A stretch of 64,000 nucleotides of DNA from Ostrea edulis. Its lineage: Eukaryota. The DNA is taken from assembly GCF_947568905.1 (NCBI RefSeq), contig NC_079166.1, positions 43,400,001 to 43,464,000 on the forward strand, written 5' to 3'. The notes beneath the pieces were generated by a model. It saw nothing but the letters and a program-made list of their open reading frames with translations, was not told the origin of the DNA and did no database searches. Positions within the stretch are counted from its first letter, which is position 1. Each line of letters begins with the position of its first letter. Made by a program: the position numbers and the translations under genes. Below are positions 12,412-27,625 of the stretch, piece by piece.

Positions 12412-15400
12412 TCAATCTCCTGCTTCTTCAAGGTCTTCCTCAAGGTCGAGGTCATCCATGTCCTGGAATAGGGATTCGTCTACCTGTACACTATCCTCCT
12501 CTGTAAAGGAAATGAACTCACAAATAAGTACCAATAATGAAAGGACATATTTCATTTATCCATTTCACCATAAATTTGATAAAAAGCTGATTTCATATGG
12601 ATTGTATTGTGAATATTAAACCAACAGTAAATTGTATTTGATTATGAGAATTTCACAATACATTGAAAATTCACTAAAAAAAACAACACACATTTGTCTT
12701 TCATCCCCTGTCAACTCATGAACTGAAATGAGGATTCTGTTGTAAAACGATAAAAAGCGGGAGAAATACATGTAGTCTGTCGACGATGATGATTATGTGC
12801 AAACCTGATTCTAAAAGCTTTAAATCTGAATCTATCATGGAAGAGTCTTTCAAGAACATTTCTTTTCCTGCAAATAAGAACATACCAATGACAGTGTAAT
12901 CTATTGAAATCTGAATGTTCCCTCCCTTAACATATAATTTAATATCATCTGAATTCATAACCATATCACAATTTTTAGTTGACATATATATTTTGTCCCG
13001 TTTCAATAAGAAATCAATTTCAATATATTTACATTTCCAATGCTTTTGCCTTTGACATCTTAACAAAATAATATAATAGGCATTTCCCAATGAATGAGCT
13101 AGTTCTACACACTGCATGCATGAATATTGATATATCTAGTACGTCTATATTAACGAGTGGGAATTCCTGAATATTGATATATCTAGTACATCTATATCAG
13201 TGAGTGGGAATTCCTGAATATTGATATATCTAGTATGTCTATATTAACGAGTGGGAATTCCAACAGAAACGAAAGTATAATGTTAATACAAGATATAAAT
13301 TTCATTTTGGAAAATACACGATGGAATGAACTGCAGTACTTCACGCTGGCATATTTTCCTGCAGTATGGTGACATGAAGCCATTCATAGACATGTATTTT
13401 CAAAACTGAAATCTATTTCTTAAATAAATTTCATTGCAATACAATGTACATTTTTGTACATGTAGTTCATTTGACTACAGTAAAAACATATGAATTTTTG
13501 TAAAATTGTTGAACAGAAACTTTGATATTTTCATCAATAGTGAAGCACCAATGAAAGAAGAATACCTGTTAAACCCTTTGTTTTTTCTTTCTGAATTTTT
13601 TCCTTCTTCAGTTCTGCCATTTCGGCATCAAATTTTGCCTTCCATGCTAAAAATGTCTCCACTGTGACTTTTGTGCCTTCAAAACGTTTCTGAAACAATT
13701 GGTCCTTATCATCAATACAAAATCAACTGCTATAAAACTCATTCAACTGCTAAAAGATCATTGGTACAAAACAAGGTACAGACTATAACTATCATCATAT
13801 TTTCAAATCAACTTTCACATATTTTCACATACAATACAAATATTGTATTAAAGTATAAACTACAAAAGATTTGTCATCATTTGAATCTATCATAATTTAC
13901 TACTTGTCAAATTTCTCAATCCCAACACATACATTGCAAATGTTACATGTATCCACCTTCACGAGTCTTCAGAAAATATGTGCCTCAACACAGCGCAACT
14001 GATTCAGATACCCTAACAGATACATTCCAAAGTATACAGGGGTTTTCCATAAAATTACCAACATCCTCTGAAACAGTTATGCTTCTACCTTATTCAAAAT
14101 AAAATGAAATTGACAACTATTTTAATCTTAGTATCTGACAAATCCTTTTTATACGCCCGTCTTAAGACGGGCCGTATTATGTTATGGCCTTCATGTCCGT
14201 CCGTCTGTCCGTCCGTCTGTTAGCTTTTTCGTGTCCGGCTCATAACTTAAATACTATAAGGCCTAGAATAATCAAACTTTGTCAGTTGATACATCTTGGG
14301 TAGAAGGTGTGTCGCACATTAAAACCAGGTCGCTGTGACTTTTAAATAAGAAGATATGGCCAAATATGGTAAAACCCTGTCCGGCTCATAACTTGAACAC
14401 TATTTGATCTAGAATCATGAAACTTGGTCATCTTATGCATCTTAGGTAGAAGGTGTGTCGCACTGTACTTTAAGGTCACTGTGACATTTAGTTGAAGTGA
14501 TTTTTTGAAAAAAGTATGTTATAATTGGTACAATCCCTACTCATATAAGAGTTTTGTAGAAAACCTCATTCAAAAATGTTACATCAAGAAAACACATATT
14601 TTTTTTATGATATACTGTACAGCTTTTTTTTAGCCTATGTAATGTTTCCTTTGTTTCTAACAATAACATGAGAAATTCCACTTGTCCCATGGGAGTAGCA
14701 TGCAAAGGGCATTTTGACAAGACTAATTAATGAGTTTTGTGTAGAGCATCTCTGATCAACATGATCAAGCAGGTGTTATCTTTATCTCTAGGGAATTGGG
14801 CAGAGAGATCTTAGCCTCTTCATTGCAGATATACCAGAAATTATTTGTGAAAGTGAATTTGTTTGTTGTGGTTAGTCTTTATTTTCAAAATTAATTTGAC
14901 ATTGTACTATATAATTTTTAATTTTTTTTCTCAGCAACCTATATGCAGAGTATCATTTCTCACTAAGACAACAAATGGTTGCAATATGTATAAAGGCCTA
15001 TTTTAATGATTAGTATTTTGATGTTTTGTTATGGCTGTGGCATTGTTCAGAAAAAAGATATACAATGAACAAAGCTGCAGATTGGGCATTTGTGTAAATC
15101 TGAACAGATGAAATAGTATTGCAATAACCATATTAAAAAATGTTAATTCAAGAAACTACACATTCTTCATTATATACACTGTACTATACAGCAGTATATA
15201 ACAAACAAATTATTTCTTTTGTGTCAGTAACAAGAGAAATGTCCCTTGTCCCATGGGTGTAATTATCAAGCAATTCAGGAGGCATTTTGCTAACAGAAAA
15301 ATTGCATTCTGTCAAATTACAGATTAATTAATGAGTTTAGAAGATTTCTGTTACAGCAATCTGATCAAGGAGGTGCTATCTATATCTCTTGCAATCGGGA

Positions 15401-18400
15401 ATTGGGCAGAGGAATCTGGCCTTCTAATTGATCTGTCAAATTTAGAACAGTTCTAATTGGTAGCCATTACTTTGAAAGTTAATTTGGTATAAAGTTTAAG
15501 AATTAATATGATATTGTAAAATATATTTTTATTTTATATCTCAACAACAAGGTGCAGATTGTCATGTCTCACTAAGATGACAGTTTTACAGTCTAAGAAT
15601 AAACATAATGACTAATGTTTGATGTTTTATTACGCTGTGCATTGTTCTTCATTCCTTAAAATACAATGAGCAAAGCTGCAGATGTGCATTTCTCAAGTCT
15701 AACACAACCAGTTGAGAAATATATGATGTATTATTTTTTTCTAATTAATAACTACACCATAGGAGATGCACCAGTATTTGAAATAACCGTTTTTAATCTA
15801 TATTTATTTATATTGACATCACCATGCATATTTTACTTTTATACTTGAAGATTTGACAAAGGCAGATACTGATATATGTATTTTTTGATAAGTTGAATAA
15901 ATCAACCTTTTTGAGTACTCCCATTTATTGTAAGTTGTTTGCTTGGATAAAGGGCTATCTTGCACTTTAATCATTTCATTGAAACCATTTGGGAAAATGT
16001 TTTTATATCCTTTTAAAAATCATTAAGCTTACATTATCAATATTTGAAGCAATGTCACATGAGGCCATAAAGTGGGTAAGATTCTTAAAGGAAGGTTGAC
16101 ATTTGGTTCCATGCATACCTATCTCTTCATGGTGATATGTTCATGTTAACAATATGTGACGGGCGTATCATGTGCCGTGGCGGTGCACTTTATCAATTTG
16201 GTGTTGTAATACAATTAAACCCTGATCTTGTGAAAATACTATGGTATAAACTGATCCTTTCCTTGCTCTTTTTTTTTATATCAACACGTCCACTCTTGTG
16301 ACTTCTGTTGTAGCTCGCTGATAATGTGTAACAAATTCAGGCAGTCACAGGTTGACATTGAATGTAAGATTGTTCATTAACAAAATCACAATACAGTGTA
16401 GCATCCTTTTGCAACTTATATAATTTACTGACTATAACCGTGACCTATGACCTTTTCAGCCAGATATTAATACGCAATTTTCTTTCCCGATCTGCCATCT
16501 TTTTGTATAGCACCTTTACGATAAAATCTTGAAATAGTTCTCTTTTTCATTTTGTCTCCAACATACCAGATGCTCATTCCAAGACACAATGGGGACAAGT
16601 GACAACATCCTTTGAGCGAATCACTAATGTTAAAAAGAAAGTACCTGTTCTGCTTCCTCCAGCGCCCGTTGTTTTCTATCTGCCTCTTCCTGTCTCCTCT
16701 TCTTCGTGTCTTCCACCATTACGGTCAGTTTTTCTTGTAAGACTGACACAACTGTGAACACCACTACCATTCCCAGGTTCTCCTCTATCTGAAGGCAATG
16801 ACCATGGAAACGTAATTATATCACATTTTCATTTTTTTTTTATTTCAAGTACATTACAGCTTTGCCAAGTGTGAATTGTTGCAATCATCTCTTAAGTGTT
16901 TTTTGTTGTTGTTTTTTTTTTTTCTATCCAAAAAATTAAGGGAGCTCCCCAATATCTTGATATATGAACATCAATATTCATAAAGTTGAGGGTTTTCTTA
17001 ATCATACAACCACAGCTCTGGCATAGTATAAACAACAACAATAGGCAAGGTTGGTAATGATGTCTTGTCTATGAGCAATACCTAATTTCAAATGACAACA
17101 ATTTTAATTAAAAGTCAAAATACTCATAACCTCGAAGACTGTTGTTATGACATAAAAGAAAACTCTGAACAATCGAAAATGTAGCCATTAACATTTTATC
17201 TCTATGGTTACCAGCATAATTGAGGAGTAAGTGGGAGTGCACTAGTACTCTTGTGCTGTACCTGTTCATTGAGGAGTACATTAGTACTCTAGTGCTGTAC
17301 CTGTTCATTGAGGAGTACATTAGTACTCTAGTGCTGTACCTGTTCATTGAGGAGTACATTAGTACTCTAGTGCTGTACCTGTTCATTGAGGAGTAAGTGG
17401 GAGTGCACTAGTACTCTTGTGCTGTACCTGTTCATTGAGGAGTACATTAGTACTCTAGTACTGTACCTGTTCATTGAGGAGTACATTAGTACTCTAGTGC
17501 TGTACCTGTTCATTGAGGAGTACATTAGTACTCTAGTGCTGTACCTGTTCATTGAGGAGTACATTAGTACTCTAGTGCTGTACCTGTTCATTGAGGAGTA
17601 CATTAGTACTCTAGTGCTGTACCTGTTCATTGAGGAGTACATTAGTACTCTAGTGCTGTACCTGTTCGTTGAGGAGTACATTAGTACTCTAGTGCTGTAC
17701 CTGTTCATTGAGGAGTACATTAGTACTCTAGTGCTGTACCTGTTCATTGAGGAGTACATTAGTACTCTAGTGCTGTACCTGTTCATTGAGGAGTAAGTGG
17801 GAGTGCACTAGTACTCTTGTGCTGTACCTGTTCATTGAGGAGTACATTAGTACTCTAGTACTGTACCTGTTCATTGAGGAGTACATTAGTACTCTAGTGC
17901 TGTACCTGTTCATTGAGGAGTACATTAGTACTCTAGTGCTGTACCTGTTCGTTGATGAGACTGGTGATTTCCTCCAGCTGATCATCTTCCAGATTCTCAC
18001 TTTCAATGACTTCAAACACTAGGGGTTCCTCTGGGTACTTCTCTACATATGTGAACTGAACCACACAGGTCGCTAGGAAGCGCATAAAAATGAAATAGTT
18101 ACTTCGTTTTAAATTATCACTCATTAAATCAGTATTGAAAAGTTTGATAAGATTTGCTTCTGAATTGATACCCATCAGATAATATGTAATCAATATAGCT
18201 ACAGATCTGTAGCTCTCTGGGAAAATATTGTAACAGACCAGAGAGCTTCAGATCCACTCCTAATAAAATCGGTGATTTATGGTGCTGAAAATTCTGTGTA
18301 TGGTTGAGGCCTTATATCGCTGAATTCTTGCATTGCTATCTCAAAAATTTAATTCAAAAAAATTCCTTACACAGTTTCCCATTATACTTGTGTTCAAACT

Positions 18401-20684
18401 TAACTTCAAACATTCATTAAATCCCTATGCAACCCAAAAACTCACAGCTTCAAATGATTTCATTTGTTAACGTAGCCATGTTAAGTAGCCAGTCTATTTG
18501 AACCCTGTTGCTATTTGTATCTATTCATAATATCTGATATGAGGTATGTACTTGATTTTCATAAACACAAATAATTAACTTAAACGAATTTTTTTTAATT
18601 TCCATAGATGTAAAATAAGCTTTTGAGTATTGAAAATGTTATGCAAGCCTTGTCTGGTCCCTTACACTCCACACGGGGTTGTTTTTACTATTTACCTTCA
18701 TCTGCTTCTTCCACTGATTGATCAGACTCTTGAGAATGAATTGTTATGGTAAACACATGATACGGTTCCGTCTTCAGCACTGCAAGTATAAATAGAATCT
18801 TAAATATCAACTCATTTTTAAAAAGTTTACTTTCAAAGGGAAATAACCCATAAGATGCCAGTATCTATGGAAAAGTTACTTGGAAATTGTAGTATAATTC
18901 TGAATGATGTTTGTGTCATGATAGTTTAAGTCTGTCTTTTGTGTGGTAAAATTGAAAAGTAATCCAGGATTTGCTGAGTGTCCCAGATATAGTTTATTTT
19001 CTATTTGGACGAGTGTGCAACCTGCTTAGATCTACTGCGAAAACATACTAAATATGTAAGAAAATTAATGCCGCAGTTGGTTGAATTCTGATGATTATGA
19101 TACATTAACTTTGATATATATCTAGATGCATACTATTTAGGAATTTAATCACAATTTTGATGAGTCCATCCTTTACATATATTCAGTGTAAGAATGTGTG
19201 AATGCATTAGATGAATCACTGGTGTTTTATGCTTTATGACATCAATGAATGCAACACCATGCAATCTTTCAGCATTTGGTTTATATTAATGTTTCAATTA
19301 AATCTACAATTAAAACTTCAATAACAGTGCTGACTTGTAAACATAGAATAAAACAGTTTTGACAGTGTATAAAATGTTAAATTGAGATTTACGCTCAGCA
19401 TAAGCTTCCTTTCCCATAGAAATGTTCTCATTGCTATCATCAATACCAATATTTCCATACCATATTTTCTACATATAAAGAACATGACCAACACTTTTAA
19501 ATCCATTCATACTTCACAAAAACCATCAAAGTGTTTAGAAATTTTTGCTGTACAGCAGTTGTTGAAATGGACATTTGTATGTAATCCGAGATTCCTCTGA
19601 CTCTTACCCCCGCTTTTATATTTGACATGTGCGGGGGAGAGTCAGAGCGGACTCCATATTGAAAAGTGGGAATTCAGCGACACCAGCTGGTGTCGCTGCT
19701 TTACCTACCTCTTACAACTTTATTTCGCGGATCTATCTTCCAAGACGTGAGAATTCAGTTATCGGAAGATTATTCTACAAATACATCATGATTAATACAA
19801 TGCTATCGCCGTTTAAACGGCCCTAACACCGACAAATGGAGCATCACTTGAATTAGGTCGCCGCCTCGCCATTTGATTTCTTTGTGCATGACGTCAGCAC
19901 ATGTAAACACAAAATTCCATCGTTTAAACGGCGATAGCATCGTATTAATCATGATGTATTTGTAGAATAATCTTCCGATAACTGAATTCTCACGTCTTGG
20001 AAGATAGATCCGCGAAATAAAGTTGTAAGAGGTAGGTAAAGCAGCGACACCAGCTGGTGTCGCTGAATTCCCACTTTTCAATATGGAGTCCGCTCTGACT
20101 CTCCCCCGCAGAAGTCACAAAATAAAAGCGGGGTTAAGAGTCAGAGGAATCTCGGATTAATTTGTATGGAACACTTCTGGTATACCGGTCACCAAAATAT
20201 GGTGCCACTGAAGGCGGAACAACCTTTTTCTTCAAAACAGAATAATTACATAGAAATGAAGACAAATTAAAAATTCAACCTAGCAGTAAACTACATTACA
20301 AAAGCTCGGGGGGGGGGGGGATAATGTCTGCATATTGAAATTATCAAGTTTTGCATATTGAAAGGTTCTGACCTCTTATGTTTATATCAGAAACGATTCT
20401 TTAAATATTCGTTTCTTTCATCCCGTGCTCTTTTTGGAATATATTTTGTTCGAACAATAATAAAGTGGGAACAACCCTAAAAATGAAATCGATTTAGCAA
20501 AGGATGGAAATTGTTTTCAAAACGTCACTGTCAAAAATCTCTAAATACTATGTCATGCAATGCATTAAATCACATGGAATTTCGCTTGCATGAAGCCATT
20601 GAAGATTTTACCCTCTATTTCTTCTGGGTAGATAGATTCTAAAGCTTCTATTTCGTTGTTTTGCTCTTCTTTAAAATCTGTCAT
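12412..20684 (-). CDS. RWDD1: RWD domain-containing protein 1
   Basis: Exons (minus strand) 20684-20612, 18779-18696, 18072-17945, 16788-16645, 13689-13566, 12867-12805, 12500-12412. All GT-AG, phases consistent, 705 nt = 234 aa. MTDFKEEQNNEIEALESIYP..YVEKYPEEP..EENLGMVVVFTVVS..KRFEGTKVTVETFLAWKAKFDAE..GKEMF..VDESLFQDMDDLDLE matches the RWDD1/Gir2 family from recall. Confidence 0.95.
13121..13261. repeat. 47-bp tandem repeat x3 in an RWDD1 intron
   Basis: Unit tgaatattgatatatctagtacgtctatattaacgagtgggaattcc. Confidence 0.95.
14146..16200 (+). mobile_element. HINE/Helentron-like non-autonomous element with internal cargo
   Basis: 5' tttttatacgcccgtc..gacgggc subTIR + IR, then a (GTCC/GTCT)n microsatellite and two core repeats; matching 3' subTIR gacgggcgtat at 16158-16168. 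Confidence 0.65.
17219..17950 (-). repeat. 39-bp minisatellite (with 49-bp variant units) copying the RWDD1 exon 3 donor junction
   Basis: Minus-strand unit ctcaatgaacag|gtacagcactagagtactaatgtactc versus the true junction ctcatcaacgaacag|gtacagcactagag; 18 copies of gaacaggtac including the real one. Confidence 0.95.
19582..20159. mobile_element. Foldback MITE (Mutator-like), ~238-bp arms, 9-bp TSD
   Basis: Arms 19582-19819 and 19921-20159 are nearly perfect reverse complements; atttgtatg at 19573-19581 and 20160-20168. Confidence 0.9.
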
Positions 20685-21252
20685 TTTTCTTCTTCCACAT
20701 GTGTACTGCAGATGCCATCAAAAGACTTAACACGTATTTTGATTAGTTGCAGAGACGTCGATTGACTAATCACAAACGCTGTTTCACGAATGATTGTTGC
20801 TCGATGTGGTTTCCGAGCCCGACCGAAAAGTGCATAGCGGTCAGTTTAGCTCGCCTGAAAATTTTAATGAGTTGTCCATCGTCTGGTTTTTTTCTTTTAA
20901 ACTTTCGACGTCTTTTCAGCAGGGCCAATTTCCAAACTTTCTACCTTGCAAATCTGAGTGAAGGGAATTTTGCTACTTGTACAGTAGCTGCCGGAGAAGA
21001 TATGAATATATATATCGACGATAACTAGCTTACAAGTCTAAAATTGTTGAAGGTAAAAAAAAAACAAAAAACACCTCGTTATTTTCGCAAAAATTTAAAC
21101 TCTTAAATTGTGTTTCGAGGGACAGTTAACTTTCTGTGTTCAAATTAAAGCCATACCAGAATGTGTCAATCTGATACTTGAGAAAATAGGATGCATGGAT
21201 ATTTAAAAAAAAAAAAAACAAAAAAAAAAACCTTTCTATATAGAGCGACCCT

Positions 21253-21276
21253 TAGCTGCAATAATGTAGCCCTCTC

Positions 21277-21315
<39 letters not shown>

Positions 21316-21369
21316 GGAGAAAACGTCAGAATTTAAAAAAAATTGGATAGGGCTACATTATTGCAGCTA
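21253..21369. mobile_element. 117-bp Mutator-like MITE (internal deletion derivative), 9-bp TSD
   Basis: TIR tagctgcaataatgtagccct; agcgaccct at 21244-21252 and 21370-21378; same TIR as 45337-46162. Confidence 0.9.
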
Positions 21370-21542
21370 AGCGACCCTGTGCTAAAATTTCTTGATGCAA
21401 TGTAGATTCGAGTTTTTCTGTTCATCTGTTGTCTATCAGTCCATAAACTTTACACATTTTCGACTTCTCCAGAACTATATACGTCAAGGACTAATTCCAA
21501 CAAAACAGCGGCCAGTTGGATTCGATTGCCTGTGGCCAGAAA

Positions 21543-21898
21543 AGCCCAATTGGTAGAACACCCAACAGGAAATTCAGGGAGCCCGGGTTTGAATTCCGAT
21601 CTGGTCAGTTGTATTTTCTCCCTTCCTTAAAGGCCAGATAGCCAGGCAGTTGGTAGAACTTCTAACATGAGATCCAGGGGTCCAGGGTTCGAATCCCGGT
21701 CTGGTCTGTCACACTTTTTTCCCTTCCGGTAGCATTTGCTGCTGTTGACCACCCCTGTCCTGCCAGGGGCAAAAAGAATCTGGGTTGTGTCTTCTAAGGT
21801 GAAGACAATTTAAGGATAGAGGAATGTAGCAGTCAGCCGGGTTCATTGATTAATTGATTTTGTATTATTTAACGTCCCTCTCTCGAATTATTCACTCG

Positions 21899-21935
<37 letters not shown>

Positions 21936-22190
21936 ATTTAGGCCTATGCTTGGCGCTTACGGCCTTTGAGCAGGGAGGGATCTTTATTGTGCCACACCTG
22001 CTAGCTTTGACATGGGGCATCGGTTTTTGTGGTCTCATCCGAAATAGCACTCCCATTTTGTCGCCTCTTACGACAAGAGACAAAAAAGGAGTACTAAGGA
22101 CGTATTCTAGATTACTTAGTAGAACACCTGACTAGAGATTCAGGAGGCTCGGGTTCAAATCCCAGTCTGGTCGGTTGCATTTTACCCCTT
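21543..22190 (+). repeat. Three degenerate tRNA-like units (SINE-type head repeats), interrupted by a SINE
   Basis: A-box-like 'gcagttggtagaac' and B-box 'gggttcgaatcccgg' at ~21543-21620, 21633-21720 and 22115-22190; the anticodon arm is non-canonical. Confidence 0.55.
21845..22110 (-). mobile_element. SINE (family A)
   Basis: (attg)n tail at the left; homologous to 35590-35815 (-), 59212-59376 (+) and a tail fragment at 31660-31740. Confidence 0.75.
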
Positions 22191-22213
22191 CCAGTTACAT
22201 AAGCATCCTTTAA

Positions 22214-23165
22214 GGGGCATGGAACGATTTGAGCTAAACATTTTCAAATTTTATTTTTCCATTTTTATTGTTTACAATGCTTAAATGAAGTATTTCTAAT
22301 GGTCAACCATTTGAATATCAGTTGTTGAGTTATACGTGAGATACAGCACTCGTAATTCTTTGTTATGAAAACAAAGCTCGTGCCATGTTTTTGTTTATAT
22401 TAATAGACTGTTTAATAGAAAATAGCGCGTTTAAAGCAAAAGGAGATGTGCCAAAATTAGAAAATATTCAATTGTGTTAAAAATTCAATTATAAATTGAA
22501 AAAATCCGCTTTAAACGCAACTTTTACTAGTTTATTTAACATATAAACAAAAACATCACACGAGCTTTGTTTACATAACACGGACTTGTGACCTCTGTAT
22601 TTCCCATGTACCTTGACTACAGGCATTCAAATTTTTGCTGATCATTAGTAATACCAGCATTCTAAACATTAAAAATCAAATTTGAAAATTTTCTGCTCAA
22701 GTCGTGTCCATGTCCCTTGAAAGGGGCATGGACACGATTTGAACGGAAATTTTTTTAATTTAAATTATTTTTTTTTTTCATTCTAATGTTTAGAATGCTT
22801 AAACTAAGGTACTTTTAATGGTTAGCAAAAAATTGAATATCAGTTTTCAAGGTGCATGAAAGATACAGAGCTCGCAATTTCTTGTTATGAAAACAAGGCT
22901 CGTGCCTTGTTTTTGTTTTCATAGGTTAAATATAGGAGTAAAAGTTCGTTTAAAACAGGTGTTTTTTTTTTCAATTCACAAGTTAATTCTGAATACAATT
23001 AAATAGTTTCTAGTGTTTGACGCGTGCAGCATCTCATTTTCTTTTAAACGTGCTATTTTCTATTAAGCCATCTATATATGTAAACAAAAGCATGACACGA
23101 ACCTTGTTTACAATTCAAAGAATTGCGGGTGCTGTATCTCATTAGTGGAAAAAAACTATCTCCAA
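22214..23165. mobile_element. Two tandem Kolobok-like MITEs
   Basis: TTAA|ggggcatggaacgatttgag ... ctcaagtcgtgtccatgtccc, followed at once by a second aggggcatggacacgatttga copy with parallel internal sequence (truncated). Confidence 0.65.
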
Positions 23166-23379
23166 CAACGGACTTAGTCGTTTTTTCCAAAGCTTTTGGA
23201 CAAAAAAAGTCCCCCACACCAGCGTACTGGTGCAGAGGACGAGGTTAGTGAAAATAAACTATCTCCAAATGCGAATGATAGACCTCCTTTTTAATTACAT
23301 GTACTTAAGATCATGTCAACTCCTTTCACTTGTAACTCAACAACTGATATTCAAATTTTAACGGTTAAAGAGGATTCAA

Positions 23380-26660
<3,281 letters not shown>

Positions 26661-27625
26661 ATATCATCACTATGTCATGAACTACAATAAAGTTGCAATA
26701 CATGTTAAATATGCAAGTATCTAGATTTACAATATAGTTTCTTCACACCATGACCTTGATGTCACATGTGGAGTTTAAAATTTTGCATTGCATACACATA
26801 TTAGGATTATAAATGTGTATGGGGGGGTTCAACTCTAACAGTAGCCTGTTAGCCCAGGACAACTTAAAATTGAACTTAAACTACTGAACAAGTCATCAAG
26901 CTTCCCTTGCAGAGCTACCAGAAATTTATACATGTATATCATACCATCAATAAAAATAATCATATAGAGAAAAAAATGAACATGTTGCAAATTCAGAATT
27001 TGTTTCATGGGAGACATCCAGATTTTTTATTTTTTTTTTATTTTTCACAATATTTGAATCTGCTTCTTTGTCTACCTCAGCAAAGAGTTTGAAACTATAA
27101 TGGTGTAAAAAGGTTAGATTCAAACAATGCATTGATGTAGATTGACTAATGTACCAATACTATAAGTTTTGAATCTCCTCTACCAATGAATTTGGAGATG
27201 GCAGAATCACAGGAACCCGAGATGAGTGGGAGTACAGTACTCATGGGTGTCCACCTTTCCCATATCCCCCTCTCTTCCTGCTTGCTCTCCCTTCCCTTCC
27301 TCTCCCTTTTACCCTGTCCATCCCCTCAGAAGAGTGCCAGACTGCTTCATTTACTAGAACAAAAACCACCACTTGTTTAGTAGGAATAGAACAATCTTTT
27401 AATATTTCAAAAGGCAATCATTCACACAAACATGTTGCTTCTATAAAAATTCACACTGAATATAAAATATTGTTCATATTTCATGTTTATTATATCTATA
27501 GTTGTCATTGCTTTTAAGACGACATCCAGACAAATTTATCTCCCTTGTACGCATGGCCCCTGAATCACATTCATTGTTTTAATTGTCTACATTGATGAAT
27601 TGTGCAATTAATATCTTATATATTG

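Noticed and set aside
17108-18022. Long repetitive ORFs (MNRYSTRVLMYSS)n and (ISTLVLYLFIEEY)n; also direct repeats resembling a CRISPR array
   Set aside because: By-products of a 39-bp intronic minisatellite; there are no unique spacers, no cas genes, and the context is eukaryotic.
21543-21720. Functional tRNA genes
   Set aside because: Anticodon arm is non-canonical, copies are degenerate and tandem, and no clear acceptor stem closes.
26835-27390. Exon-like minus-strand stretches downstream of MIX23 (purine-rich GDGQGKRREEG.., LVALQGKLDDLF..)
   Set aside because: No consistent splice-phase chain or recognisable homology; TBLASTX or RNA-seq would be needed.
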